Shown here: in pieces, positions 38,419-50,250 of the stretch
Position numbering within the stretch: position 1 is the first letter of the stretch
Layout of the letters: each line of letters opens with the position of its first letter
Origin: Antedon mediterranea
Taxonomy: Eukaryota > Animalia > Echinodermata
Direction of reading: 5' to 3'
Assembly (NCBI RefSeq): GCF_964355755.1
Contig: NC_092670.1
Span: forward strand, 6,128,201 to 6,192,200
Length of the DNA stretch: 64,000 nucleotides
Notes under the pieces: generated by a model
The model's database searches: none
Seen by the model: only the letters and a program-made list of their open reading frames with translations
Told to the model about the DNA's origin: nothing
Program-made: the position numbers and the translations under genes

Positions 38419-38788
38419 GTAGGAACATCAATGTCGTCATGTTATTAATAATAATATTATCTCCAGCATATACAGTATATATCATGTTAACTGTATATAA
38501 ACACAATAGTGACAGAATAAATTCTAAACCGCTTGGTGATATACTGAAAATATATTATTAAGCCTATATCAACATCACCATAATCATCCGCAATATTATC
38601 AATATCATCAATTATATTATCATCAAAATTACAACACACAAGATAAATTATTAACATCACCATAATCATTAACAATGTTATCAATATTATCAATAATCTT
38701 ATTTTAATCCTCATCATTAAAATAGATTAACATAATCATCAATTTCCTCATCAATAAAGTATTCATTTTTCATTCATTATCATCACAG

Positions 38789-38982
38789 GGTATTCTCCAA
38801 ACATGTCAAGATCTAAAACCACTTCAAGATGAGGTATACTGCCAACTGGTGAAGCAGACCACATGGGTGAAGGATGCAGACAACCTGAACAATCTACGCA
38901 ATTGGCAGATCCTCTGTTGCATGTGCTGCACGTTCATTCCATCCAGAAGCATCCTCAGATATGTCCGTTTCCACATCAAACG
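38789..38982 (+). CDS. MYO10: Myosin-X exon, MyTH4 core
   Basis: cag|GGT...CG|gtaag; GILQTCQDLKPLQDEVYCQLVKQTT...WQILCCMCCTFIPSRSILRYVRFHIK. Confidence 0.95.
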
Positions 38983-39282
38983 GTAAGAGCCAACTTAGCA
39001 CAATGTTGTTTATACAAATGCTTAAGCATTAAGGTATTGAATATATACAGGGTTGTAGCAACCAGTACAGCCTGACCACTTTTCACAGAGGCCTTTGACA
39101 ACCCAGTGGCTTGAACAAAGATTGTTTCCTTTCTTCTTACTTTCTTGTGTCTCACTGATATATTGGATATCTATATGAAATATATTGAAATAATCACAGA
39201 AAATTCTTAAAAAATCATAAATTTCAAATTAGTAGTAGTGTAAAATAAAACTTGTATTGATGATTTTTGTTTTGTTTTGTAG

Positions 39283-39403
39283 ACAAGTAGAATTGTCACC
39301 CAAGACTCAAATGGCTGCATATGCCGGCTATGCACTTGAAGCTCTGAAAAGAACAAGAACTAGAGAATTTGTGCCTTCCAGAGATGAAATTATTGCAATA
39401 TTG
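39283..39403 (+). CDS. MYO10: Myosin-X exon, MyTH4 end
   Basis: tag|A...TTG|gtaag; ALEALKRTRTREFVPSRDEIIAIL. Confidence 0.94.
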
Positions 39404-39596
39404 GTAAGAAAATTACATTATACTTTGTACCTAATAGTTGTGGTCCCTGCAAAGCTAAGGTTTCTCACTCAACAGACTTATTTCAAATAAGTTTTATCAT
39501 AGAGTTGATTTTCGGTAGTATAATATAAAAAAAAAAATTTTCTTTTCTTTTCTAAATTTGACAACATACAGTACTATTTGAAATGCTTTTTTGTAG

Positions 39597-39683
39597 GGTC
39601 GACGAGATATGAATGCTACAGTGTTTTGTCACGGCGGAGGATCATGTCAAATATCAATCAACTCTTCAACTACAGCAGGGCAG
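39597..39683 (+). CDS. MYO10: Myosin-X exon, FERM F1
   Basis: tag|GGT...CAG|gtaag; GRRDMNATVFCHGGGSCQISINSSTTAGQ. Confidence 0.94.
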
Positions 39684-39932
39684 GTAAGATGTATAAAGGT
39701 CAAAGGTGAGGGAGTTGAAACCGATGATAAAAATAAGCAATCTAATAAGCATATTAATCAGATACTTTAATTATGACTATAATTTTTATGTGTTTAAATT
39801 TTAAATGTAAATATGTATAATTATGTTTGTATGATGTAGTATGTTTAAGTGGATATTAGCCCTTGATGGCATTTGCAGCAATAAAGAAATTGAATTGAAT
39901 TGAATTTAATAATAAACAATGTATTTTTTTAG

Positions 39933-40069
39933 GTTATTCATACGTTGGTAAAAGGTATGAATCTAGATTCATGTTACAATCGTTTTTCACTTTACGAGAA
40001 GAGCGGTCTTGTCGAAAAAGCAATAGACGATAGATCAGTTGTTGCAGACATACTAGCGAAATTTGAAAG
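39933..40069 (+). CDS. MYO10: Myosin-X exon, FERM F1
   Basis: tag|GTT...AG|gttag; VIHTLVKGMNLDSCYNRFSLYEKSGLVEKAIDDRSVVADILAKFE. Confidence 0.94.
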
Positions 40070-40462
40070 GTTAGTATTTAGAAATAAACAATTTGAATAG
40101 CAATTGAGTTTGAATAAACATATAGGTTATAAACTTTAAAAAAAACATGGTGAAAAGTAACTCTGAGGCAACCACATCCAGTATATTTTTAATCAATCAA
40201 CTTATTTCTTTTCCATCTTAGAAGCCAAACATGTGTCACAGAAAAAGGCTTATTGTTGCACTACAAAACCTTTTTTTTTTTTTCACTACAAAACTTGTTC
40301 CTAGTGGAAAAAATTCATGCAAATTGTTGATTTTTTTGTTTGTTGAAAACACTTTTATTCACCAATAAGAAGCCAGATTATTATAAATGTTGGTGCAAAT
40401 GTTACATATTAAACAAGATATTTTAACATCCAAAGTTAAATTGTTAGATTTGTGTTTTTTAG

Positions 40463-40501
40463 CCTAAATGCACAAAATGATGATGGAAATAAAGATTCAA
40501 G
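40463..40501 (+). CDS. MYO10: Candidate 39-nt micro-exon in FERM F1
   Basis: ttttttag|C...AG|gtatat; (S)LNAQNDDGNKDS(R); symmetric phase 2-2. Confidence 0.55.
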
Positions 40502-41911
40502 GTATATCAGCATGTAATTTAATGCATCTTGGAAACAGATTTAAAAAATAACTAAAATTGAAAACTTATTGATAATTTTGTTACCATACTCGCATACATT
40601 AAAGGTATATTTTCCTCTTGAAAAAAATAGGCTAATTTAATGTCACAAAAATATTCATTTGAAATTTCTTTACCTGATAAAACCATAATTTAAAGGAAAA
40701 ACTGGAAGCCAATTGTCTAAACTAACTTTTTATTTACTGTTATTTTTATAATATTTCTACAAAATGGGTTATTAAAGGATTTAAATTGTTTTTATTCATC
40801 TTTATTTTTCAAAAATCTTTGGAAACCTAAAAGTATCATTTTAATTTTGGTTCCTGTAATTAATATATTTTACAATAAGGTTTTATCAACGTACTAAAAT
40901 TTCCAATGCTTTTTGTGCGAGTATGGCAATTTGTTTTATCCTAACCTTTTTATCCGACTAAATTTTTAAATGACAGGAAGTGGATTGTGTTTAATTAGCA
41001 GATAATTCATCATGGACTTGATAATAATCATCATTATAACATTATTGCCTTAAGATTGGTTTCATAATTAGAATAAAGACTGTAGTGTTTAGTGTGGGTC
41101 TAAATATCATTAACCCACCCTGCTGAACTTAATCACCAATCCCAGATATATCCTGCTTTAATATTCAATACCTCTACAGATATTACTATACATTAATGCA
41201 CAGAACATAAAAATACTAGGGTGTATGCAAACTTGCTATTAATTAATTAATTAATTAACACAACGATTCAGATGCATTGTAGCATTGTAATTCAAACATA
41301 TTCTACTGTTTTATTTGAACCACTTAAGATACATTTTTAATTGTCTCTTTTCAATAAAAGATGTTTAATCAGAGACTACTTTTATGGGCCACAGATAAAC
41401 AGATTAAAATCAACTCGCCAATTTGGTTTTATTTATTTTTTTCAATTTTCTTTTGGTCTTTAAAATGCTTTTCAACATATCCATTCATTGTTTTAAATAC
41501 ACTCATTTTCAGGGCAGTGTTGTAATTGTTAATCCAATCCACATGAACGCTTACCTATTATCGTAGGTAGTTTGCAAAGCATGACATAATTATTAACATA
41601 ATTTCCCATAATGCATCTTGTAAGCTACATTTTTCTGTAGATGAACCATTTTTTTCATCAGCTCCTGTGAATAGATAATAAATACAAAATAATAACTAGA
41701 TGATGAAATAAAAAAAAAATAAATAACTAGGCCTAGGTGTGAAAATTTAAATTTAGCAATGTTTTGTTTGTGGGTTGCTGTGTTCCATTGAAAAACTACC
41801 AAAACTATCTAACATTTGATCATAGATATAATATAGGATACATAAATCTAATTACAGAGGATAAACCTATTATTATTATTATTTTTTTATTATAATTTAT
41901 GTTCACTTTAG

Positions 41912-42035
41912 GTTTCGGGCTCGTGGTCTCAGTGACCGAGGAAAACCTTGGCAGCTATTCTTCAAACTTTTCTGTTTTCTCGATACTCAGAGTGTCAAGC
42001 CAGATAGCATTGAATACAGTTTTCTTTTTGAGCAG
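41912..42035 (+). CDS. MYO10: Myosin-X exon, FERM F1/F2
   Basis: tag|G...CAG|gtaaa; FRARGLSDRGKPWQLFFKLFCFLDTQSVKPDSIEYSFLFEQ. Confidence 0.94.
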
Positions 42036-42204
42036 GTAAAAAATACATTGTTATATTTTCTTTTCTTATCTGCCAAAATTATATTTAAATCTTTACATTT
42101 GTGTACAAAACAAAAACAAAATTCCCGAACTCTTCTTTAAGCTTGGATGATTCAGAAATTGTCATTGTTGACTAAACATTAAATGCCTATATCAACATTC
42201 ATTG

Positions 42205-42308
42205 CAGTAGTTGAGTGGTTATGACACTTGACTAACATATAGAAAGACCTGGGTTCAATTCCGATTAGAATAACTCCTAGTCCACTCAGCTGAATATCTG
42301 GTTGAAAA
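42205..42308 (+). mobile_element. tRNA-derived SINE remnant
   Basis: A-box-like tagttgagtgg, B-box gggttcaattcc, then gtccactcagctg core. Confidence 0.65.
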
Positions 42309-42522
42309 ATTTGGCACAGTTCCCTTACGTTCAGAATGAATACGTGACTCTACCATCAGTATTATTATTTTGTTCAATTTGTTAAAAATAAGCATGTGTT
42401 TGCTATGTACATGATATGTTGTTTTTGTTGTATACAAATATGGTATTCACCCAATGTTCAAACACTTTCAGTTTCAATAATTTTAGGTAACTGAGTTTGA
42501 TCTTGTGTATACAATTTTTGTA

Positions 42523-42634
42523 TGAGCAGCCGAGTGGTTAGGACACCTGACTGTCATACAAAGAGACCAGGGGTTCAATTCTTGACAACTCCCAGTCCAC
42601 TCAGCTGTAAATGAGTACCTGGTTGAAAATACTA
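42523..42634 (+). mobile_element. tRNA-derived SINE remnant (same family)
   Basis: gcagccgagtggttagg...ggggttcaattc...gtccactcagctgtaaatgagtacctgg. Confidence 0.7.
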
Positions 42635-42673
42635 GAATGAATACAGAACTCACCTTTACCTTTACTTTTTCAG

Positions 42674-42786
42674 GCGCATGAGGAGGTAATCAGAGGTAAA
42701 TTCCCAGCCACAGATGAACAACTCATACACCTATCAGCTCTCAGAATGCAGTTTGACAAAGGAGACTATGTTCACGGTGACTGGAT
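42674..42786 (+). CDS. MYO10: Myosin-X exon, FERM F2
   Basis: cag|GCG...AT|gtaag; AHEEVIRGKFPATDEQLIHLSALRMQFDKGDY. Confidence 0.94.
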
Positions 42787-42863
42787 GTAAGTTATTATTG
42801 TTTAAATAGGTTTGCATGTCGAGGAAATTAATGCTTGCAGTACATCATTTGATTCCTAAAATA

Positions 42864-43078
42864 CAATCACTACCTTGAAATTATTCTTTTTTCCAAACCG
42901 ATAATTAGTAAAAACTAACCTTGACAGTTTCGCTGTCCTGATCGGACAGCTTCTTCAGAAATAAAAACAGAAACTGTCAAGGTTAGTTTTTACTAATTAT
43001 TGGTTTGGAAAAAAGAATAATTTCAATATACGTATACCTACAAACCAGATGAACATTTTCAATCAATCACTACCTTGA
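42864..43078. mobile_element. Penelope-like element remnant with inverted terminal segment and 15-bp target-site duplication
   Basis: TSD caatcactaccttga at 42864-42878 and 43064-43078; 57-bp inverted repeat 42875-42931 / 42970-43026 with one mismatch; hammerhead core on the minus strand. Confidence 0.8.
42920..42961 (-). ncRNA. Minimal hammerhead ribozyme motif (PLE-type; stem I truncated)
   Basis: Minus strand reads ttt CTGAAGA a GCTGTCC gatca GGACAGC GAAA ctg TC aag: perfect 7-bp stem II, intact core, very short stems I and III. Confidence 0.7.
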
Positions 43079-43452
43079 TTAATCACTATTATATCAGGAA
43101 AGTTGAACAAAGTTTAACCTTGTCTGCAACAAATCTTAACCACTGGCCAATCAAAACACTGAGTTTATCAGTGGAATATTTAGGATGTTGCACAATCCTT
43201 CAATGTGTTCTGCGCAGCCAGTGCAAGGAAAATCTACAAGGGTTTCCATGTAATTGCCACCAAATATCACCTGACTACATCTATCACTGTCACGCAGATG
43301 CAATATAGCGATTATTACATTCAGAAAACAGGTTAATATAATGCAAATAATCTATTATAGAAGAAGTCAGTAGATATAATGTGTATTGTACATGAATAAT
43401 AATGTTTGTTTTATTATTACAAGAAGTAAACAGTATGTTTTGTTTTTTTTAG

Positions 43453-43558
43453 AAATGACTTAACTGAAGTATACCCAGTAGACAGGTTAAAAGTTAAACC
43501 CAAGGAGGATAATGATTTTGGTTTCCAACAAAGAGATCGAAAAGACACATTTATTTCG
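43453..43558 (+). CDS. MYO10: Myosin-X exon, FERM F2 insert
   Basis: tag|A...TCG|gtaat; NDLTEVYPVDRLKVKPK...RKDTFIS. Confidence 0.9.
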
Positions 43559-43913
43559 GTAATAATATGGTACTAGTTTGCACAGTTTGGCATCTATAAT
43601 TTTAAAAACACATAATGTAATGTATTGTACTGAGTGTTGAGTTCTTATCGCAGCATTCCAACAAATGGATCATTGCTCATTGCACTGTGGATGTTACACT
43701 TTTCAAATACATGGTTTTCTTCTAATAAGGATAACCTAATGACATTGCAGGCACTCTCTCATTTGTCCACAACTGGGTGAGCTAGAGCACAGCAGGATAA
43801 CCTTTGAAAGATGTACTAGGTTCTTTAAAGTGCACATTTCGTACAAAGTGTGAATGAATTTGAAGAACTTGTACTGTGCTGTCAATCTCTTATTGTTATA
43901 TTGTTTTTAATAG

Positions 43914-44054
43914 GGCACTTTAAGAGGAATTGGTGAGAAGACATTAAAACGTTTGCAGAAGTCTGCTTCTGATGATAACATCTTGGAGTCTGTTTACAGG
44001 GACGACGTATCTGCAACTATTACAGCAATTATAGATAAATGGAGAACATTAAAG
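43914..44054 (+). CDS. MYO10: Myosin-X exon, FERM F2
   Basis: tag|GGC...AAG|gtact; GTLRGIGEKTLKRLQKS...ITAIIDKWRTLK. Confidence 0.92.
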
Positions 44055-44164
44055 GTACTTTTTTGGTAAAACTTACCTATAATACATATTGTAATCATTA
44101 CAAATATTATTCTTTATCCATTCTTTATCTGCATTATCATCACAATCATTCGTTTGTCTATCAG

Positions 44165-44367
44165 GGTACAAGTGCTGAACGCGCCCAGAATATCTACATG
44201 AGTTTTATGCGATCTTGGAAGTACTTTGGCTCTCGATTGTTTGAGGTTGAATGTCATGACGGCCGACAGGCGTATCCAAAGAGTATCTGGTTATCAGTGA
44301 ATAAAAGCATGGTAGCAGTGCATAAGATTAATGATCCTAACCCATTAGATGAGTTCCCATATGAAAA
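44165..44367 (+). CDS. MYO10: Myosin-X exon, FERM F2/F3
   Basis: cag|GGT...AA|gtaag; AQNIYMSFMRSWKYFGSRLFEVE...IWLSVNKSMVAVHK...FPYE. Confidence 0.94.
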
Positions 44368-44739
44368 GTAAGTGATAACTAGTTTATTGCAGTCAAATCT
44401 CCCAATACTGTGAAATGTCTGAAACCTGGAATCTTTCCCCAAAATCAGAAGTTTCTTGAGGTCTAAGAGGTCCCAAATTCCTTACAAACACATTCAGATT
44501 ACCAGACATATAATTAGCCCAGCCAAAGGTATTAGGAGAGTTAACTTTGATTGACTGTGATTTTTGGAGGAAGGTAACAGCTGTGGTGATGGCAACTATC
44601 ATAATGATTTTGATAGAGTGATAATGAGGTTGATGATATAAACTTCGTTTTAAGCTCACCTGCTATGCTTAAATAATGCATGTCTGGTCTTTTGCCATCA
44701 TTTCTAAATTTCTTTACTGGTATTTTACATAATTTTTAG

Positions 44740-44827
44740 AATTCTGTCATTTGGTGCACCAATTCCAAATGAATACAAAATTATTGTTGAAGGAAGGAGG
44801 TCAGAGTTGACGTTTGACACAACTGAA
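44740..44827 (+). CDS. MYO10: Myosin-X exon, FERM F3
   Basis: tag|A...GAA|gtaag; ILSFGAPIPNEYKIIVEGRRSELTFDTTE. Confidence 0.94.
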
Positions 44828-44951
44828 GTAAGTGTTTTTAGTTTTTAAAACTTTGATAGCTATGTTTTTCATTATACTGTATACATTTTTTTTGTGAAAA
44901 ATTTTTATGAGGTCCCTTTTTTAAAATTATGCAAACAAACTTGCTTTACAG

Positions 44952-45026
44952 GTTTTTGAAATAGCCAAACTCATGAAAGCCTACATCAATGAAATAGTTA
45001 AAAAGAGGAATATGATTCCAGCATAG
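44952..45026 (+). CDS. MYO10: Myosin-X terminal coding exon
   Basis: cag|GTT...GCA TAG; VFEIAKLMKAYINEIVKKRNMIPA*. Confidence 0.95.
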   Translation, partial: VFEIAKLMKAYINEIVKKRNMIPA

Positions 45027-45037
45027 AAAAAGAAGTT

Positions 45038-45275
45038 ACACCAGTTTAGAGATTGCAGCAATTACACCAGCCTAGAAATAGTAAGAAAATCAGCCTAGGT
45101 AGCAGTAACACCAACTGAAAGACACATGATCCAGTAATATTAGTACTGATGTTCCAGAAACACCAGCCTAGAAGTAGCAGCTGTACTAGCCTAGAGATAG
45201 AAGAAACAACAGTTTAAAGACTGCAATAATGCCAGCCAGTGACAGCCTAGAAAGTACAGTAACACGAGCCTAGTG
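45038..45275 (+). repeat. Degenerate ~30-bp tandem repeat in the proximal MYO10 3' UTR
   Basis: Recurrent acaccagcctaga...gcagtaac units immediately after the stop codon. Confidence 0.7.
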
Positions 45276-48200
45276 TGCAGGGATGGTCACTGGTAAAATC
45301 ACCAGAGATGCAGAATTAGTACCTGCTTATAGATCATGATGACATCACCTTATAGTTTTTTCAGTTTCAAGGTGTAAGCAAACTTAAAACTTTGCTGTCT
45401 TAACTCTACTGTATGCAGTGAAGTAACATAGTTTAATTGTGTTATAATACAATACACTGCAGCCTACAATAAGGTGGTTTTAACTTTTACTAATTTATAC
45501 TAACAATTATATAGACTATGTTCATATTAGTTGATTTGGGTTTATCAGAATTTTGAGTGGTCACCTGTGAGTAGATCGTTGTAATTTATTCCTTTAATAC
45601 AAAGTTGTAAAAACAGTATATAAATAGCGATGACATCATGACAACCAGGGGTAGAGCTAATCAATGGGTTTATGGTAAAATCACTTTAGCAACTGTTGAT
45701 GTATCAGACATCAAACCACTCTGGGCATAGTCATAATGCCACTAGTGTAAAGGAAGCAGCCCATCTGTTTTGGTGATGGTACAAATTTGATATGTGGGAC
45801 CAGCCAAATGTAAGGGTACTGCTGCATTATGGGATCATCTATTCTGTAGTTATGGCATAAAATGTGATGCCGGCCACCCAAGTATTAATGATGACGTGTT
45901 ATTTAGTGGTGCCATCCAGAACCACCCAAAAGATAGTGTAATCATACCATCTAAGTGGCATTAATGAAGGCTATTATTTTCAACTGCTATTTTAAACTGA
46001 ATACAAAATGGCCATCATCACCAAATATCCACTTTAGTATTGGACAATTTTATCTAGAAAACAAATGAGTTAATTATGGCACACTGGAAGTACACATGAT
46101 GCCAATACAGGTTGCTTGTTCGAGTCCCTACCATCTATATAAAATTCTCATTTAATTGAATAAAAATATTTAATATTATTTCAATTGATAGATTAAAATT
46201 GTACTATTTTATTAATTATTGTATTTTCCCAAAGTGTTGCGTAGATCTTCCTTGTGTAGGCTTTAGTAAGATATGTACAGACATGATTTATTAGCTAAGA
46301 TGTTCGATGATAATATAGAAAGAAATAAGATTTCTATGACGTTGTGGTGCCTTTTTATAAAGATTTAGTTATTATTATGTAAGTTTAAATTTGTTTGTAC
46401 ACATAGCATCTTCATAAATACAGTAAGTTATCTTAATGTTTGATCTGTTCACACGGTAAATACAAACTGAAGAATAGTGCTGTACCAAATAATTTGCATT
46501 GTTAATCTTTTTGTATTATTATTGTTAATCATTTATTTGTTTATAAATTACATTTACATAAACATTTATTTTAAAATTTTATATTTTATTTATCTCCAAG
46601 TTCGAATTATTACACAATCCTAATTCATAGAAATGTATTATTTTTATATATTGCATATTATCATTGGACAGAATTCAGAATATTTCTATTTTTGTGTGTA
46701 TACATTACATTTACGTAAACCTTTATTTAAAATTTTATATTTTATTTATCTCCTCGTTAGAATGATTACAAAATCCTAAACATTTATTATTTTGATGATA
46801 TATTGCATAGTTTCATTGTTTAAATAAACAAGTCATGTTTATTTATAGTAGTATCAAACACTAATTTATTGAGGCCTACAAAAACCTGTGAATTATATGT
46901 AGTAAAGATATAGTGAATGTGTTATATATGGTAAAGGTGAAAGAAAGGTTTAAAATGTTTATTTTTAAACTATGGGTTTTGAAAAGTTTATAGACATAAT
47001 ATGCTATTCTTCTCAAGTTTATACTTAACCAAAAAAATATATACTAATTCCTTTACATTTTGTAAATTCAATATTGTGAAAAATATAAGTGATGTGATAT
47101 ATATGTGAAAGTAATTGCAAAGGTATACAAGTTATATAAAATGTTTACGTAGGCCTAAAGGTAAAATTTAAATTGGAAATATTGAACTTACTGAATCAAC
47201 AAGAGAATACCCAGATTTTTTTTTGTAGCTAAAATTCTCGATGCTTTTGCGTCTTACCCCGGATCTTGAATGTCTCACATTGTGGGTCCTGACGTGTCGC
47301 GAAAATACATATTTTACCTTAATCTTATATTTTATATAAATATTGGCTGATTTCGTGATTATATTACAAACATTTTTCGAGTGGAAGTGAGTGCATTTTT
47401 GCTTCATATATAAAGAAATATTTCTGTTCCTCACGTGTCACACGCGTGTCTTACCCGTGGTTAGAATATCGGCAATATCATTCAATTGAAATTCATTATA
47501 CTTTTTCTACTATAAAGAAAATTGTTGAGCGTTTCCGAAAGTCAGATTATGACAATGTCAGCGTATTTTAGGAAATAGTTAAGGTTGCCTGTTTCGAGCG
47601 GTGCTTAATTACATTTCAACGAGCGAGGACAAAAATGCTAAAATAACACAAATATAAACTAAACTAATTTTAGTTATTGTATATGTTATCCACTTGCCAC
47701 GAATAATGCTGTTGTAAAATAGAAAAGTTCATCAAGAAATGTTTCAAGATATAGGCCTAGCAATTAGCATGATAATTAAATTATAATATACTCCAACGTT
47801 AAACTTTTAAACCGTTATTTTCAAAACATTTTTTCCTAAAAATCACACGAATATATAATGTACAAGATATATCTTTGCTAATGTGTAAATCTTGTACATA
47901 TAAGTAAATCTTCTATTTGGTAACCGATTTGTTACCATATCCGATATTTTTTTTTACAGTTTTAATGCCATCCAATCAGGTATTAGTAACGTATTAATTA
48001 GCTTTAATAATTACTAATTTTGATTTAATTTAGAGTTTTACTTCTCTGACTGATAAGAATGATTTTATACACTTGCTTACATAAATTATTTGGTTAAAAT
48101 ATTAAGATTTTATAATAAAATTAAGCTTATTATAAAATTGTTCAATGAGTGATAGTTATAAAAGAAGAGATAATTTTGTAAATATTTCATATTTTTTGTA

Positions 48201-48975
48201 AAAAAAAAACTTAAACGAAACTAACATAGTTTAAGTATTTGTCAAAGTATAGATGTTAGGATTATAAAGAGTCATGCGCAAACAAATTACAATGATAACG
48301 CTATAAATTGCATAATATAATATTCTTTCTTCTGTTATGCGTTTTACTATGAACGTGTTGCATCATTTTCGTTATGCAGGCGCCGACAGAACTACCTCCG
48401 CCGCTTTAGTACGACTTTAAAATCAAACTGTTGGTTCGTTTTACCATATTTACATTTGTTTTGATTGTACTGCCGACCTAGTACATTTACTATTAAATGA
48501 AATATCAATTGAAATGGTTGTTATTATTCTGATTAATGGATAGTAATGTTGCATTTTATGATAACATGTATTAGTACCGGTAGTATACGACACTGGTTTC
48601 AACTGGTCAAATCTACCTGAAGGACAATACACTTAGTTATCTGCAATCAATTGCAGATATGGCTTCAACTTACCAAGCCTAACTGGAATTAAAAAATAAT
48701 CTAGTTTTAACTTTATTTTTGTCTGTGTCACCAGACCATAAAATCATAATAAACTGTTTTAAATTTACTTTCCACCTACAAATCCTTATAATAAATCCTA
48801 ATAAATTAATAAAATAATATATTTCCGGACAATGTAGTAATATAAATTAACATTAAAATGAATTATTATTAATAGCAGAGGAATTTGGTAGTATTAAGAG
48901 GCAGGTCCATCCATCCATTTAACCTTTCTTTGGGGCAAAATAAACAAGTATCGCAACATTATTTTAAGTCCTATT

Positions 48976-49010
<35 letters not shown>

Positions 49011-49012
<2 letters not shown>

Positions 49013-49288
49013 CGCTCCTACTTTCTGCTATATACATATATAGTATGTTGTTTTGTAGAGCACTCTTCAGTTCGAAACGGTGCATTTTTGTTGTGAATAC
49101 TATTAGCATTTTGCAAAGCACGCTCGTTGAGCTTGTGCACTCTTTGTGTTCATAATTAGTGTACTATGTCCCGCATACCTGGCTCAGCCTATATATTGTG
49201 CCAGTTCTGCGGTACATTTCATTTCGAAACCTGAGCTGCACTGACGAGATCTAATAAGATCGAAACAGTACTGTCTGCAGATTGGGTG

Positions 49289-49289
<1 letters not shown>
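49011..49289 (+). mobile_element. Hammerhead-bearing non-autonomous retroelement (Penelope-like/retrozyme), copy 2, in (TA)n
   Basis: Lies between (TA)n arrays at ~48979-49010 and ~49289-49314; about 97 bp longer at the 5' end than copy 1; same 3' end. Confidence 0.8.
49236..49280 (+). ncRNA. Type I hammerhead ribozyme (copy 2, identical to copy 1)
   Basis: ctgca CTGACGA gatc taataa gatc GAAA cagtactg TC tgcag; predicted cleavage after 49275. Confidence 0.9.
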
Positions 49290-49319
<30 letters not shown>

Positions 49320-50091
49320 TGTTTTTTTTTGTTTCGGTTGATTTTGCATTACATTTGATAATTTTCAGTTTTGTAAACCACTGTCAATGTTTATAATAAA
49401 TTACGAAAATTATTAGATTTTTTTTTTAATTTTCTTTTAATTTTGTTAATTAAATTTTGCAGAAACTCTGGAAGAAAGGTAGGCCTATATCGGAAAGTCA
49501 TGCCTATATCGGAAAGTCGAATTTAGTAATATTGGTTGTGTATTGAAGATAATTTAATTTTGCGGGAAAGGACAGAATTGAAGTACCCGCTGATACGTAA
49601 ATATGATTTATAATTATTTTGGTAACAAAAGAACAAAAGCAAAATATAACGAGATTAAGCCTTATAAAAGACCAAGGTTCTTTAAGCCTGGTTTCACCTG
49701 AACAAAAGAGCTTTTTTAAAAAGATGACAAAAGAGTATAATACATAAATAAAACTTCAAATTTGGTTAAAAGCATGGAACAATTAAATTCCTTTGAACTG
49801 GTCAACCGTACATCAGAAACACGTAAAAATAATAGATATGAACCTATTGAGCGAACCTTCAAAATAGAAACAAAAATGCATTAATATGATATTTACTGCG
49901 ATATTGGTGATTTAACATCACTACAGTCTCACAAATATTTATTTTTAAAACATATGCAGTGTTTCTGGGATGCACGGTTTTTTAGGAATCGGGCATTATC
50001 TGAGGTCAAAGGTCAATTGACCTCAAATCTTAAAGGTTGTAATACCAAGTTTTATGCCTCTAACCAAATTTGAAGTATGTTGGGTCACTGA

Positions 50092-50250
50092 CTCTGTCTA
50101 CACTATCAAACGAGTTTGACAAAAAAAGTGTGATGTGCCTAATTATAGCAGTGATGTGCTTAAATATGGTAGTGATAATGACATCATCATATCCATATAT
50201 GGGCACATCACACTTTTTTTGTCACATAAAGTTTGATGGTGTAGACAGAG
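50092..50250. mobile_element. MITE family A (TIR ctctgtctacactatcaaac), most intact copy
   Basis: TIR ctctgtctacactatcaaac / gtttgatggtgtagacagag; internal gtgatgtgcc/aaatatggtagtgat motifs shared with three other copies. Confidence 0.85.

Larger units (their letters stand above)
1164..45026 (+). other. MYO10: Unconventional myosin-X gene span (5'-partial, multi-exon): motor C-terminal part, 3 IQ, SAH, PH1N-PH2-PH1C, PH3, MyTH4, FERM
   Basis: Exons joined at GT-AG sites keep one reading frame to TAG at 45024-45026. Myosin motifs are present ([51 protein letters not shown]). The class-X-diagnostic split PH segment TWKKRYCVLRDETLMWFRAKQEALKSGWLMKKGGGTSTLSRRNW is followed by MyTH4-FERM. Confidence 0.95.

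Noticed and set aside
38487-38717. 76-aa Ile/Asp-rich minus-strand ORF
   Set aside because: Low-complexity ATC/AAT intronic sequence antisense to MYO10
42205-42634. Functional tRNA genes
   Set aside because: A and B boxes are present, but there is no cloverleaf or acceptor stem and a SINE-type core follows
49108-49235. SECIS element upstream of the hammerhead
   Set aside because: The hairpin lacks the AUGA/GA quartet and the apical AA motif
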